Positions 1 through 9,345 of a DNA stretch of 64,000 bases are shown piece by piece (positions within the stretch are counted from its first letter, which is position 1; the number at the start of each line of letters is the position of its first letter). The stretch is from IMG/VR virus record IMGVR_UViG_3300048919_000175, positions 1 to 64,000 of that record; one strand, given 5' to 3'. The notes beneath the pieces were generated by a model. It did not search any database. It was not told the DNA's origin and saw nothing but the letters and a program-made list of their open reading frames with translations. Both the position numbers and the translations under genes were made by a program. This stretch comes from a virus.

Positions 1-1167
1 TTCGGCCCGCTGTTCCAGCCGTACGACTATAAGGCGTTGTACGGCGGTCGCGGCTCGGGCAAATCATACGCCATGGCGACTGCGCTTGCGGCAATGTCAA
101 GCAATCGCAGGCTCCGTATCGTATGCGGTCGTCAGTTTCAGAACTCGATCAGGGACAGCTCTAAGTCTACCATTGAAAATCGCATTACAGCCTTGGGGCT
201 CAACCGCGATTTCAATGTAACGCATAATGAGATCGTCCATCGTCGGAATGAAAGCCGTTTCACTTTCGTCGGTCTCGAGCGCAATAAGGACAGCCTTAAG
301 TCCCTCGACGATATCGATATATTCTGGATCGAAGAAGCGCGTAACGTTTCCAGCGACAGCTTGGAAATCCTCATTCCGACCATCCGTAAACCCGGCGCTG
401 AAATCTGGGCTTCATGGAACCCGGTGCTGGCGGATGATCCTATTGACGACCTATTCCGGGGCGCGCACCCTCCGAAGAATTCTTACATCAAGCGCGTCGG
501 CATACAGGACAATCCTTGGTTCTATCAAGGTCGTATGGCCGCTGATATGGAGCGCATGCGCCTTGCGAACTATCAGCGATACAAGCATATTTGGCTTGGG
601 GACTATGACGAGCTTGACGACAGCCGCGTGTTCACGAACTGGAAGGTCGGTCGCCTTCAGGTCACGGAAATGGATCGCCCTCGTTACGGGCTGGACTTCG
701 GTTTCTCCGGCGACCCTTCGGCGCTGATCAAAGTCTACGTCTTCGAAAAGACCAAGCAACTCTATATCGCAGAAGAGATGTACGGGAAATTCTCCCTTAC
801 CGATCTGCCTGAGATGATGGGCGTAGTGAATGGCTCGCGTCGCTTCAAAATTGTCGGTGACAGCTCGCGTCCGGAAGACATCCAATATCTGCGCACAAAG
901 GGATTTGACGTAGTTGCATCTAAAAAGGGAGCTGGTAGTGTAAAAACCGGCGTCACTTGGCTGCAAGGTTATGAAATTGTCATAGCTCCAGAATGCGTTA
1001 ATATGCAGAACGAGGCGCGGCTTTACAGCTGGCAGACTGATAAACAGACTAAGAAAGTTTTGCCCGTTCTTTGTGATAGTGATAACCATGGCTGGGACGC
1101 GGTCCGATATGCCACAGAAGATGTGCGTTCAAACATGAAGACGCAGATTAAGAGGTTCAAGTTCTGA
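1..1167 (+). CDS. terL: Terminase large subunit, PBSX/Terminase_3 type (5' end lies upstream of the window)
   Basis: Frame is open from base 1. Walker A YGGRGSGKS, Walker B-like WIEEA, nuclease motifs GLDFGF and DNHGWDAVRYA. Confidence 0.95.
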   Translation, partial: FGPLFQPYDYKALYGGRGSGKSYAMATALAAMSSNRRLRIVCGRQFQNSIRDSSKSTIENRITALGLNRDFNVTHNEIVHRRNESRFTFVGLERNKDSLKSLDDIDIFWIEEARNVSSDSLEILIPTIRKPGAEIWASWNPVLADDPIDDLFRGAHPPKNSYIKRVGIQDNPWFYQGRMAADMERMRLANYQRYKHIWLGDYDELDDSRVFTNWKVGRLQVTEMDRPRYGLDFGFSGDPSALIKVYVFEKTKQLYIAEEMYGKFSLTDLPEMMGVVNGSRRFKIVGDSSRPEDIQYLRTKGFDVVASKKGAGSVKTGVTWLQGYEIVIAPECVNMQNEARLYSWQTDKQTKKVLPVLCDSDNHGWDAVRYATEDVRSNMKTQIKRFKF

Positions 1168-2483
1168 TGGCCATACTCGATCTTTTTCGCGCCAAGGCCA
1201 GACCGGTCCGTGATCTCCTTTCCGACCCTTCGCGCTATGTGATCCGGCAGTTCGGCACCAGCGCTGCTCGGTCGGGCATTACGTACAAAGAAGTTGTTGA
1301 AGCTGAGCGAGCAATGCACCATCCGGTCATTCTGCGCTGTGTCAACAAAATTGGGCTGGCAGTTCAGGACACTCGCTGGTATTTTGCTCAGGACCCCGAA
1401 AGCAAGACCAAAGTTTCGGCGAAAGTGATCGAGCAAATCCAGGCCGTGCTGGACAGCCCGAACGAAAATATGACAGCTTCGCAGATGCGATACTGGATCG
1501 CCCTCAATAAGGCGCTGTATGGGCGCTACGCGGTCAAGGTAGGTGCCTCTGCGTTTGGAGGACCAAATGCGCTCTACCCCCTATCCCAGAAATGGTTCAA
1601 AACCGTCTCGGACAAGCGAGGAATTATCACCGGCTATACCTACGGGCCAAGTGGAGAAGAAAATCTACAAACGCGCCGTCAGGTCGACCCAAAATTTGAT
1701 GGAACTTTCACGAAAGCCTTCGGCTACGAATACATCACCCCAGACCAAGACGGAGTGATCAACGGCAAGGGCCTGAACATGAAGGGCAGCAATACGCCCC
1801 TCAATGCGATTGGTGGCCCAACCGAGATTATTCGTCTGTTGTTCCAGCGCGCGGTCGAGACTGCGAGCGGTCAGCCGAACATGAAGTTCATTATCTCCGG
1901 CGAGAAGACCCTGACTACGGATGAGCAGGACGCAATCGTTGATGAGATCGAGGATCGCAAGCCAGAGGCGGAAGAGGCGGGCAACATTTTGTTCCTTGCC
2001 AACACGTCGCTGAAAGTGGACACGCTAGATAATGGTCTTTCAGACATTCATTCCAAAATCCCGATGGACGACATGTCGCGCAACATCTATGCCAACTTCG
2101 GCATTCCGGTTGCGCTCGCAGGTATCGGCTCTTCCGACGCCGCCAAGTTCGCTGGCAACTACGAAAGCTCGCGCCGCTCGTTCTACGAGGACAATATTAT
2201 CCCAAACTACTTGGGGCCAATCGCAGAAGGACTTACGGAAGCTATCGGCGTGCCGGGCGGCAAAGTCTTCTTCGACTATGACAGCATCGCCGGTCTTGCA
2301 GACGCCCGCGCCAATAAGGCGAAGACGCTGCAAGGTGTGACTTTCCTTACGGACGCCGAGAAGCGGGTACTCTGCGGCTTCCCACCCGGACCTGAAAGGT
2401 ACGCAAATGAAAAACCCATTAATCCGCCAGAAGCGGGGACCGGCCAAGGCCAAAACGCTGGAACTCAATCTTCAGCAAGCTAG
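1167..2483 (+). CDS. Portal protein
   Basis: 438 aa directly after terL. HK97-like portal features (IYANFGIPVAL, FYEDNIIP, FLTDAEKR). Confidence 0.9.
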   Translation: MAILDLFRAKARPVRDLLSDPSRYVIRQFGTSAARSGITYKEVVEAERAMHHPVILRCVNKIGLAVQDTRWYFAQDPESKTKVSAKVIEQIQAVLDSPNENMTASQMRYWIALNKALYGRYAVKVGASAFGGPNALYPLSQKWFKTVSDKRGIITGYTYGPSGEENLQTRRQVDPKFDGTFTKAFGYEYITPDQDGVINGKGLNMKGSNTPLNAIGGPTEIIRLLFQRAVETASGQPNMKFIISGEKTLTTDEQDAIVDEIEDRKPEAEEAGNILFLANTSLKVDTLDNGLSDIHSKIPMDDMSRNIYANFGIPVALAGIGSSDAAKFAGNYESSRRSFYEDNIIPNYLGPIAEGLTEAIGVPGGKVFFDYDSIAGLADARANKAKTLQGVTFLTDAEKRVLCGFPPGPERYANEKPINPPEAGTGQGQNAGTQSSAS

Positions 2484-3270
2484 CCCGGAAGAATGGGAAG
2501 CCGTCAAGAAAGCTCTCGGCGACGAAATCCCGGAAGGCTATGTTGCAGGTTGGGCCTCGACGCCCTCCCTCGATAGCTACCGCGACGTAGTCGTCCCGGG
2601 AGCCTTTGACGCGTCGATTGCGACCAGAGGTCTCACTGGACCGAAAGGGATCAAGCTTCTCCTGAACCACGATTGGGCGCAAGTCGCTGGCGTGATCAAG
2701 GTTCTGGAGCAGCGCGGCAACAAGCTGTGGATCGAAGCGCAGTTGAACCTCAAGATCAGCTATGCCGCTGACATGTATGAAGCTATCAAGTCTACGGGCG
2801 GCATGAGCTTCTCCGTCGGCTTCTTCCTGCAGGAATACAACATTCGTAAAGATGCTAACGATCGTGATTACTTTGAACTTGTCAAGGGTGACCTGTTTGA
2901 GGTATCGATTGTTCCATTCCCGGCGAATTCCGATGCAATTATGGAATTCTACAAGTCGGCAGATATCGTGCTCGAAGCAATGGGCGTTCCGCTCCTTGAA
3001 GAAGAGGATAACATCTGCAGCACGCTTGCTGAGTTCGAGAAAATGCTGGTTTCGAACGGGATCGTCAAGTCGAGGAACGATGCGCGGCTGGTAACTCTGG
3101 AAGTTCAACAGCACGCACATCTCTTCATCAAGACAAAGGTCTCGGAACCAGAACCCGTGACCACCCCGAAGGAAGAGCAGGAGCCGGAAGCCTTGATGGC
3201 GGAAGAGACTGAAGCTTCTATCAAAAGTTCACTCGAGGGCCTTCGCAAGGCTTTCACACTCACCTTCTGA
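2407..3270 (+). CDS. Prohead maturation protease (HK97 family)
   Basis: Motifs GWAST..DSYRDVV.PGAF, LLNHD, SFSVGF, LFEVSIVPFPAN. Confidence 0.92.
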   Translation: MKNPLIRQKRGPAKAKTLELNLQQASPEEWEAVKKALGDEIPEGYVAGWASTPSLDSYRDVVVPGAFDASIATRGLTGPKGIKLLLNHDWAQVAGVIKVLEQRGNKLWIEAQLNLKISYAADMYEAIKSTGGMSFSVGFFLQEYNIRKDANDRDYFELVKGDLFEVSIVPFPANSDAIMEFYKSADIVLEAMGVPLLEEEDNICSTLAEFEKMLVSNGIVKSRNDARLVTLEVQQHAHLFIKTKVSEPEPVTTPKEEQEPEALMAEETEASIKSSLEGLRKAFTLTF

Positions 3271-3277
3271 GGATATC

Positions 3278-4660
3278 ATGAACACTCGTACCGCCGAAGA
3301 AATGAACTACGAAAAGCTGGAAGGCGAGCTCAAGTCCCTCAGCGCTGCCGCTGAGAAGATGACGAAGGCCGTCGAAGACCAGTACAAGCAGCTCCACACG
3401 CACTTCGACGGCGTCAAGACGGACAATGCCGAGCTGGCCAAGACGGTCGCTCAGCATACGACCGAATACGCCAAGATGACCGCCGAGCTCCAGGAAACCA
3501 AAGCTGCGATCGAAATGGTCAAGCGCCAGATCGAAGCGCCGATCTACCAGTCCGAAAAGGACCTCAGCGCGAACGACCGCGCCATGGCCGTCGAGCTGCA
3601 GAAGCGCGCCTTCATCAACAAGCATGGCACCGACGCCGAAGACAGCTTCCGGCCGGACATGGAAAACCTGATCAATCTTGCTGACTACCGCTCTGCGGCT
3701 CGCAAGATGGTTCAGCACGGCGGTCTGAAGAAGCCCGAAGAAATCAAGGGCCTGATGAGCGAATACGAGCGCAAGGCGTACGACGCCGCCAGCCTCGATA
3801 CCGCTTTCTTCTCACCTGAAATCCTCGGCCTGACCCTGGACTGCAACATCGAGTGCGCCAGCCTGCTCGACCTCTATGGTCAGGTTTCGGTCAGCCGCTC
3901 GAAGTTCATGTACATGCAGATCGTCGACTACGGCGAAATCGGCGAGTACGGCTGCGACGCGAACTGCGACGCTCCGCTCGGTCGTGACGGCAACATTCAG
4001 TTCCTGAACGGCAAGACCTACGACTGGCGCGGCATGTTCTGCTTCACCAAGAAGGTTCTCGACGAAGCCAACTTCGACTTCCTGACCTTCATGCTCCAGG
4101 CAGCGGCTCGCTCCTACCGGATCAACCGCAACCGCGCCACCATGGTCGGTGACGGCGACAACGAGCCGGAAGGCTGGCTGACCGCTGATTGCTTCACCAA
4201 GCTGACGCCCTCGATCGCCGGCAGGTTCAATCATCAGGATTGGCGTCGGTTCCTTTCGTCCGCGCCGATCGAATATGGCACGGTTCTTCCGGTCATGCAC
4301 CAGAACACCTTCGGCTATCTGGCTTCGGCCGTTGACGCCAATGGTCGCTTCATCTTCGGTGACGGCCTGATGAGCTACTCGCCGGAAAGCGCCGACGAAC
4401 GCATCCGCATCTCGAATTGCCTTCCCGACCCGACGGAAAACAATACGCGAGGCGATGCAGCCAATCCGTTCCTGCCGGGTGCATTCATTGCGGCGGCTGC
4501 GAATTGGGACACCGCCTACAAGATCGTCAACCGCAAGCCGCTGACGATGGAACAGTGGGTCGGCGGCTCGACCAAGTGGTGCGCCAAGTACCAGCTCGGA
4601 GCAGAAGACGGCGCGTTCGTCGGATGCTGCGCTGCTGGTCGCACCCTGTACGCCGCCTAA
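3278..4660 (+). CDS. Major capsid protein (HK97 fold, N-terminal coiled-coil delta domain), Cys-rich
   Basis: 460 aa after the protease, GDGDNEPEG motif, strong codon bias, followed by a terminator. Confidence 0.92.
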   Translation: MNTRTAEEMNYEKLEGELKSLSAAAEKMTKAVEDQYKQLHTHFDGVKTDNAELAKTVAQHTTEYAKMTAELQETKAAIEMVKRQIEAPIYQSEKDLSANDRAMAVELQKRAFINKHGTDAEDSFRPDMENLINLADYRSAARKMVQHGGLKKPEEIKGLMSEYERKAYDAASLDTAFFSPEILGLTLDCNIECASLLDLYGQVSVSRSKFMYMQIVDYGEIGEYGCDANCDAPLGRDGNIQFLNGKTYDWRGMFCFTKKVLDEANFDFLTFMLQAAARSYRINRNRATMVGDGDNEPEGWLTADCFTKLTPSIAGRFNHQDWRRFLSSAPIEYGTVLPVMHQNTFGYLASAVDANGRFIFGDGLMSYSPESADERIRISNCLPDPTENNTRGDAANPFLPGAFIAAAANWDTAYKIVNRKPLTMEQWVGGSTKWCAKYQLGAEDGAFVGCCAAGRTLYAA

Positions 4661-4663
4661 GCC

Positions 4664-4693
4664 GGGATCGGCCCTTCGGGGCCATCCTTTCGT
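4664..4693 (+). terminator. Rho-independent terminator after the capsid gene
   Basis: GGCCC-TTCG-GGGCC hairpin followed by CTTT. Confidence 0.6.
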
Positions 4694-4715
4694 TCTAGAT
4701 TGAGGAAAGAGAGAA

Positions 4716-5120
4716 ATGCTCAACAATCCCGGCATTCAGGCCAACGCAGCGATCGCTTGGAACGGCACCACGTCGTTCCCGCGCCGCATCCACAACTTCA
4801 TCGACTTCGGCTTCATCTTCGAAGTCACGCAGGCACTGACCGCTCCGGCAGTCTTTGCCATCCAGTTCCACGATGACGCCAACGGTGATCCGTGCGTCGC
4901 GGGCGCTGGCGTCGACGCCACCGAAAAGCCGACTTGCGATGCATCCATCGCAGACACCGATATCGCAACGATCACCCTGCCGATCGGCACTCAGCCGAAT
5001 TCCTTCTGCCCGGTTGCACCGGCTTGTAAGGAAGGTCGCTGGATTTCGCTGCGTCACATCTCGGGCGGGGCGAACGTGCGCGCCGTTGCCCTCATGACGG
5101 GACCGAAGCGCGTCTACTAA
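4716..5120 (+). CDS. Putative capsid decoration/minor head protein
   Basis: 134 aa, beta-rich, 4 Cys, immediately after the capsid gene, good RBS. Confidence 0.6.
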   Translation: MLNNPGIQANAAIAWNGTTSFPRRIHNFIDFGFIFEVTQALTAPAVFAIQFHDDANGDPCVAGAGVDATEKPTCDASIADTDIATITLPIGTQPNSFCPVAPACKEGRWISLRHISGGANVRAVALMTGPKRVY

Positions 5121-5542
5121 TGCGCGTCGATCTTGCTACGACAGGTAAGGTGCGGGCCGGTCATACGGTCCGCATTTCTCTTCGGCTCCGGAAAGGCATG
5201 GACTTGGGGCGAGTTACCGTTTGGGCACGCAGCGGTGATGACAAGTTCAGCCCTTACATAAACGAAGACTATATCGCGGCACAAGGTGATGATAAACCTA
5301 AACTCCTCTCCCCTGTGGCCTTCCGTCTTACTGAAAGACGTTCTCGCATATCCGTTGAGTTCGTCTCCGAAACCGACCAAGAATTCAAGCTCGTCCAAGA
5401 ATGCGACCGTTCAGATGAGCCAAGGGTCAGAGCAAGGATCAAAGGCTATGGAAAGACTGCAGAGACGCTCAGACGATATCGCGGAAACGCGCTCCGGTTT
5501 ATTCGCCGTTGCTTTCAAGCGCCACCTGTCGGAAACGTCTGA
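5120..5542 (+). CDS. Hypothetical protein in head module
   Basis: TAATG coupling to the previous gene. Confidence 0.55.
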   Translation: MRVDLATTGKVRAGHTVRISLRLRKGMDLGRVTVWARSGDDKFSPYINEDYIAAQGDDKPKLLSPVAFRLTERRSRISVEFVSETDQEFKLVQECDRSDEPRVRARIKGYGKTAETLRRYRGNALRFIRRCFQAPPVGNV

Positions 5543-6128
5543 CCTTTACAGCTTCTCATTCCATGTGAAGCCTGCCGAGCCGCCGATCACGATCCGCTGG
5601 CGCAAGGAAGATGGCATTGCGGTCATTGACCAGCACGTCGCCATCATCCTGCTCAATCGCGGATACGCGCGCAACATCACAGACGAAGAACTTCTTCGCT
5701 GGAACCACATGATCGACCAGCTCCACCCGGACGCGCTGAGCCCGGCACCGGTTAGCATACCGCCCGCACCGCAACCCGTGCCGGAGGTAGCGCAGGAAAA
5801 TGCGCAGGACGCCACGGAGCAGGCCAAGGAAGCGGTCCAGCAGGCGGCGGCACCCCAAGTAGCCAGCGGCACACAAAACGCGCCTACGGGCGGCTCTGAG
5901 GGCGAGGAAAAGCCCGAGGAAGAAAAGACACAGGAAGAGCAGGAAGCCACCGGCGACAATGATCATTCGCAGGAAGATGCTAGCTCCTCCGAAGGCACTT
6001 CCGAGGAGGAAAACTCCACGGAGGAAACCGACGGCGAGACCGGCGACGGCTCGTCTGAAGAAGAAACGGTCGACGAGGCGGACGAAAAGCCCGCCAAGAA
6101 GACCAGAGCGAAGAAAGGACTGCTCTAA
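5448..6128 (+). CDS. Hypothetical protein with long acidic disordered C-terminus (start uncertain)
   Basis: Open frame with E/D/S-rich tail ending in basic KKTRAKKGLL. Confidence 0.6.
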   Translation: MERLQRRSDDIAETRSGLFAVAFKRHLSETSDLYSFSFHVKPAEPPITIRWRKEDGIAVIDQHVAIILLNRGYARNITDEELLRWNHMIDQLHPDALSPAPVSIPPAPQPVPEVAQENAQDATEQAKEAVQQAAAPQVASGTQNAPTGGSEGEEKPEEEKTQEEQEATGDNDHSQEDASSSEGTSEEENSTEETDGETGDGSSEEETVDEADEKPAKKTRAKKGLL

Positions 6129-6268
6129 TGCCCGCACTCGGCCGCTGCAAGAGCGACTGCGATACCAGCGAAACTCTGGTCCTGGCTTCCATGCCGTGCT
6201 ATCAGTGCCCGGAGGTTCCTCCGGAAGAACCCGCTGTGGAAGAAGTCGTCGAAGACCCGGAAGCGTAA
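6128..6268 (+). CDS. 46-aa Cys-rich micro-protein, candidate capsid/neck linking protein (not in ORF track)
   Basis: TAATG overlap, AAGGA RBS. Translation: MPALGRCKSDCDTSETLVLASMPCYQCPEVPPEEPAVEEVVEDPEA. Confidence 0.65.
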   Translation: MPALGRCKSDCDTSETLVLASMPCYQCPEVPPEEPAVEEVVEDPEA

Positions 6269-6284
6269 TGCTCTCGAACAAACA

Positions 6285-6312
6285 GAGGCCGGATTAACCT
6301 CCGGCCTTTTCT
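6285..6312 (+). terminator. Rho-independent terminator
   Basis: AGGCCGGA/TCCGGCCT stem followed by TTT. Confidence 0.65.
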
Positions 6313-6331
6313 CTAATGCTTGGGGCCAACG

Positions 6332-7051
6332 ATGCTTTATTTCCATGCCGACCCGCGTGACGCATATCCCACCAATGGCGGGGATGTCTGCAATACGTGC
6401 TGCTGCCAGCCCGCATCGATCCGGCCCGGCGAGCGCAACAAGTTCGAGATAAACTATTCGGCATGGGCCTTCGGCCTTAATGCTCGCGGCCTGACGGACC
6501 GGACGGACTACGCGCTGGAAAAGCACGAGCAGTCTCCGGACACACGTCTGCCGGTCAATACCAATTACTATTTCAGCACGGCGTTCAATGTCGCGCTTAA
6601 TGGCTCCGTCGCAACCAATGCGTCTGATCCGCTGGAAGGCGATCTTACGTTCTCGATCGATCAGTTGAACGAACCCAAGTTCGGTGAAGTCGAAGTGAAT
6701 GCTGACGGCACCTTTCTCTACACGCCGACGCTCGGTTTCGCAGGCTATGACACGTTCTGGGTCAAGACCAGCAACGGAGCCAAGACCCGCGTCAATCAGG
6801 TCATTGTCGGCGTCAGTGCGAACGGCGCGGAAGACCCGCTGCCTGCCAAGCCATTCCAGAAAGAGCTGGCTATCGACATGAAGTCAGTGAACGTCAGTAA
6901 GGCCGACGACCTGAGCTTCACGCTGGTCGCCAGCCCCGGCGCAATCGTTGGGGACAAGTACCGCCTGACAATCAAGCAGCCCGCAACGGACTGCAACTGC
7001 AACGAATATATTCATATCTCCTGCTACGATATCACTATCGGGCAGTGCTAA
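6332..7051 (+). CDS. Collar/neck-sheath protein with Ig-like (Big/cadherin-like) domain
   Basis: CNTCCC N-terminus, PKFGEVEVNADGTFLYTP..GF.GYDTF Ig-like motif, DCNC. Position matches the Milano-type collar. Confidence 0.7.
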   Translation: MLYFHADPRDAYPTNGGDVCNTCCCQPASIRPGERNKFEINYSAWAFGLNARGLTDRTDYALEKHEQSPDTRLPVNTNYYFSTAFNVALNGSVATNASDPLEGDLTFSIDQLNEPKFGEVEVNADGTFLYTPTLGFAGYDTFWVKTSNGAKTRVNQVIVGVSANGAEDPLPAKPFQKELAIDMKSVNVSKADDLSFTLVASPGAIVGDKYRLTIKQPATDCNCNEYIHISCYDITIGQC

Positions 7052-7060
7052 GGAATACCG

Positions 7061-7717
7061 ATGATCGGCGGCTATATCGAGCGCCTGACGCGGACTGATT
7101 ATGAGGAGGAGAAAATCCTCCCCATAGACACGATCCGTGAGCATACCAAGACGGACGACACTCCGACGGTGACGGACGACCAGATCGTATTATATCGTGC
7201 TACCGCCTTTGAGCAGGCCGAGCTATACACTGGTCGCGTCATCACCGGCACGGCGCTTGTCGCGGAAGGCTTCAAAATTCCGGGAAGCGATCGCAATTTC
7301 CATGCGCGCTCGCACCGCATTCGGCTGTCTTATCTACCTGTTGACAATGTTGTCAATATTATGGAGACTGCCGGAAAGGTGCGCAAGCGTATTCCGCTCA
7401 AGCGCAACTCCCGCAAGGTTGACGTTCCGGCCGATGCGTGCAACATGAACTTTGCCAATTGCTGCGCTTGCGAAGGGCAGGGCTTCGAGTTTGATCTACG
7501 GACACAATATGTCACGGGATATCGAACGATAGAGGACATCCCTTCGACGCTGCTCTACGGCTGCTTGAAGTTCATCACTTGGGCCATTGCCAATCCCGGC
7601 GACGAGCTCTTGACCGTCCGCAACCGGCTCGGCACCACTGAGACCGGCCTCATCGGCACCAACAACGGAGCATGGGCGTCTGGCGCGATCGAAAGCTGGA
7701 TGACATATAAGGTCTGA
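7061..7717 (+). CDS. Head-tail connector (neck 1, gp6/gp15-like)
   Basis: IREHTK.D..DDQI..Y..TA..QAELYTGR pattern and gene position. Confidence 0.8.
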   Translation: MIGGYIERLTRTDYEEEKILPIDTIREHTKTDDTPTVTDDQIVLYRATAFEQAELYTGRVITGTALVAEGFKIPGSDRNFHARSHRIRLSYLPVDNVVNIMETAGKVRKRIPLKRNSRKVDVPADACNMNFANCCACEGQGFEFDLRTQYVTGYRTIEDIPSTLLYGCLKFITWAIANPGDELLTVRNRLGTTETGLIGTNNGAWASGAIESWMTYKV

Positions 7718-7718
7718 T

Positions 7719-8168
7719 ATGGGTCTAACAGTTGACACCCGCATCCTGAAGAAATTCAAGCACCGGCTCCATGTGTGCCGGAACGAGGATGTCGTTGTCA
7801 ATGGCCAACTGATCTTCCAGCGTCGTTCCCTATTCGAGGGATGGGCTATGATCGATCCGCGCAGGACCCAGACCTTTGGGGCTGACGGCCATTCCATCTA
7901 TGAAGAACGGGATCGTCGCACGCATTTCATTCGCATGCGGTATAATCCGGACGTCGAGTATTCCGTGGCTGCGTGGCTGTATGAAGCCCGCTTGAAGTCT
8001 CCGCCGCGCTGGTTCAAGATTTTGTTCTCGGGCGATGAGTACGAGACTTCCCAATACTGGAAATTTGAATGCCGTCTCATGGAGCGCGGCGATAATATCC
8101 TTGAACCAATAACCGCCGGAGAGACTGAGGGTCGCTTTCTCGGGGTCCCAGAAGGGATCGAGATTTGA
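7719..8168 (+). CDS. Head-tail adaptor/stopper (neck 2)
   Basis: Motifs HRL, WAMI, THFIRMRY and gene position. Confidence 0.75.
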   Translation: MGLTVDTRILKKFKHRLHVCRNEDVVVNGQLIFQRRSLFEGWAMIDPRRTQTFGADGHSIYEERDRRTHFIRMRYNPDVEYSVAAWLYEARLKSPPRWFKILFSGDEYETSQYWKFECRLMERGDNILEPITAGETEGRFLGVPEGIEI

Positions 8169-8569
8169 GGTTCGTGTTCACCCCTTGGCGAAATTTCATT
8201 GCGTTCCGGGACCGCCGGGTCACGACAAGTTTTCTACGCCTTGCTGCCAAGGACATGGAGAAGGAATACAAGAAACGTATTCTTTCTCCTCCCAAGACCG
8301 GCCGGATTTACCATCGCAAACATGGCAGACATCAAGCGTCGAGAGCAGGGGAATTTCCCGCCAACGAGACCGGAGCATTGGCTCGGTCTGTCAGATCTGA
8401 TAGCAATGCCACCAAAGCCTCGGTCGGCACGAATATGTTCTATTCCAAGTTCCTCCGCGAGGGCACTCGGAAGATGGCTCGTCGTCGCATGGCAGACGAT
8501 ATTTTGAAATTGGTCGCGCCGCGCACGCTGGCACGCCTCAAGGGATGGGTCTGCTGGAAATATGTCTGA
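8165..8569 (+). CDS. HK97 gp10-like tail completion protein
   Basis: HQAS.AGE.PA.ETGALARS and FLREGTRKMARR motifs. Confidence 0.75.
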   Translation: MRFVFTPWRNFIAFRDRRVTTSFLRLAAKDMEKEYKKRILSPPKTGRIYHRKHGRHQASRAGEFPANETGALARSVRSDSNATKASVGTNMFYSKFLREGTRKMARRRMADDILKLVAPRTLARLKGWVCWKYV

Positions 8570-9092
8570 AGTTAAAAGCAACTCCACTATCCTCGATCTT
8601 GCTGACAAGTTGCGCGACTTGCTCCCAGAATTCAAGCGACGCATCATCGCTGTTTCGGAAATGGAAGTCAATCGCTCCAATGTGCCTTCCTTCCCGATCG
8701 GTATGCTGGCCTTGCAGGACATTAATTACGTCCACTTCCGCGAGACCAACAAACCGACTGAAATTCAGGAAACGATCGTCGTCGAGTTCTGGTTCGCCAG
8801 CAACAAGATCACGCAAGGCGACAAGGAAAGTCCGTTCTGGTCTTACTACGACTACGACCCGTTGCAAGATCGTTTCGTAGATTTCATTCTTGACTACCGG
8901 AGCCCGCGCGGCTGGCCAGTCCAGCTCATGCGCATGGACCTGGAAAGCTCGGAAATTGCTACCATGCTGACGTTCGTGTTGCAGCATAGGTACGATCACT
9001 GTAAGGCTCCCCAAGAGCCGTTGATGATCTTGGGGAAGAAGAACGTGGGATTTAAGATGACAATCCCGACCAAGGTCTGCGACGATTGCTAA
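8562..9092 (+). CDS. Tail terminator protein
   Basis: 176 aa between neck and sheath genes, C-terminal CDDC. Confidence 0.6.
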   Translation: MSEVKSNSTILDLADKLRDLLPEFKRRIIAVSEMEVNRSNVPSFPIGMLALQDINYVHFRETNKPTEIQETIVVEFWFASNKITQGDKESPFWSYYDYDPLQDRFVDFILDYRSPRGWPVQLMRMDLESSEIATMLTFVLQHRYDHCKAPQEPLMILGKKNVGFKMTIPTKVCDDC

Positions 9093-9102
9093 GGAGGCAA
9101 CG

Positions 9103-9333
9103 ATGCCCGTGAAATATGTGTCAGTAAAAGCAGTTCCGGGCCGTCTGGCCTTTACAGCTCCGCGTGGCGGCGCTAGTATTCCGCATGACAGGTACGTAGA
9201 AGTCGAAGAGACGAAATACATTCGTCGCCTCATCGATTTCCACGGCGACATCGTGGAAGAACCGGCTGCGCCGACTTCCAAGCCCAAGCAGAAACCCGCA
9301 AAGCCCGATGAAGGCTCCAGCACGGTACTTTAA
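9103..9333 (+). CDS. Small pre-sheath protein (DUF2635-like)
   Basis: VKAVPGR...Y.RRL...GD pattern, typical of the gene before Mu-like sheaths. Confidence 0.6.
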   Translation: MPVKYVSVKAVPGRLAFTAPRGGASIPHDRYVEVEETKYIRRLIDFHGDIVEEPAAPTSKPKQKPAKPDEGSSTVL

Positions 9334-9345
9334 GAGGAACCACAA

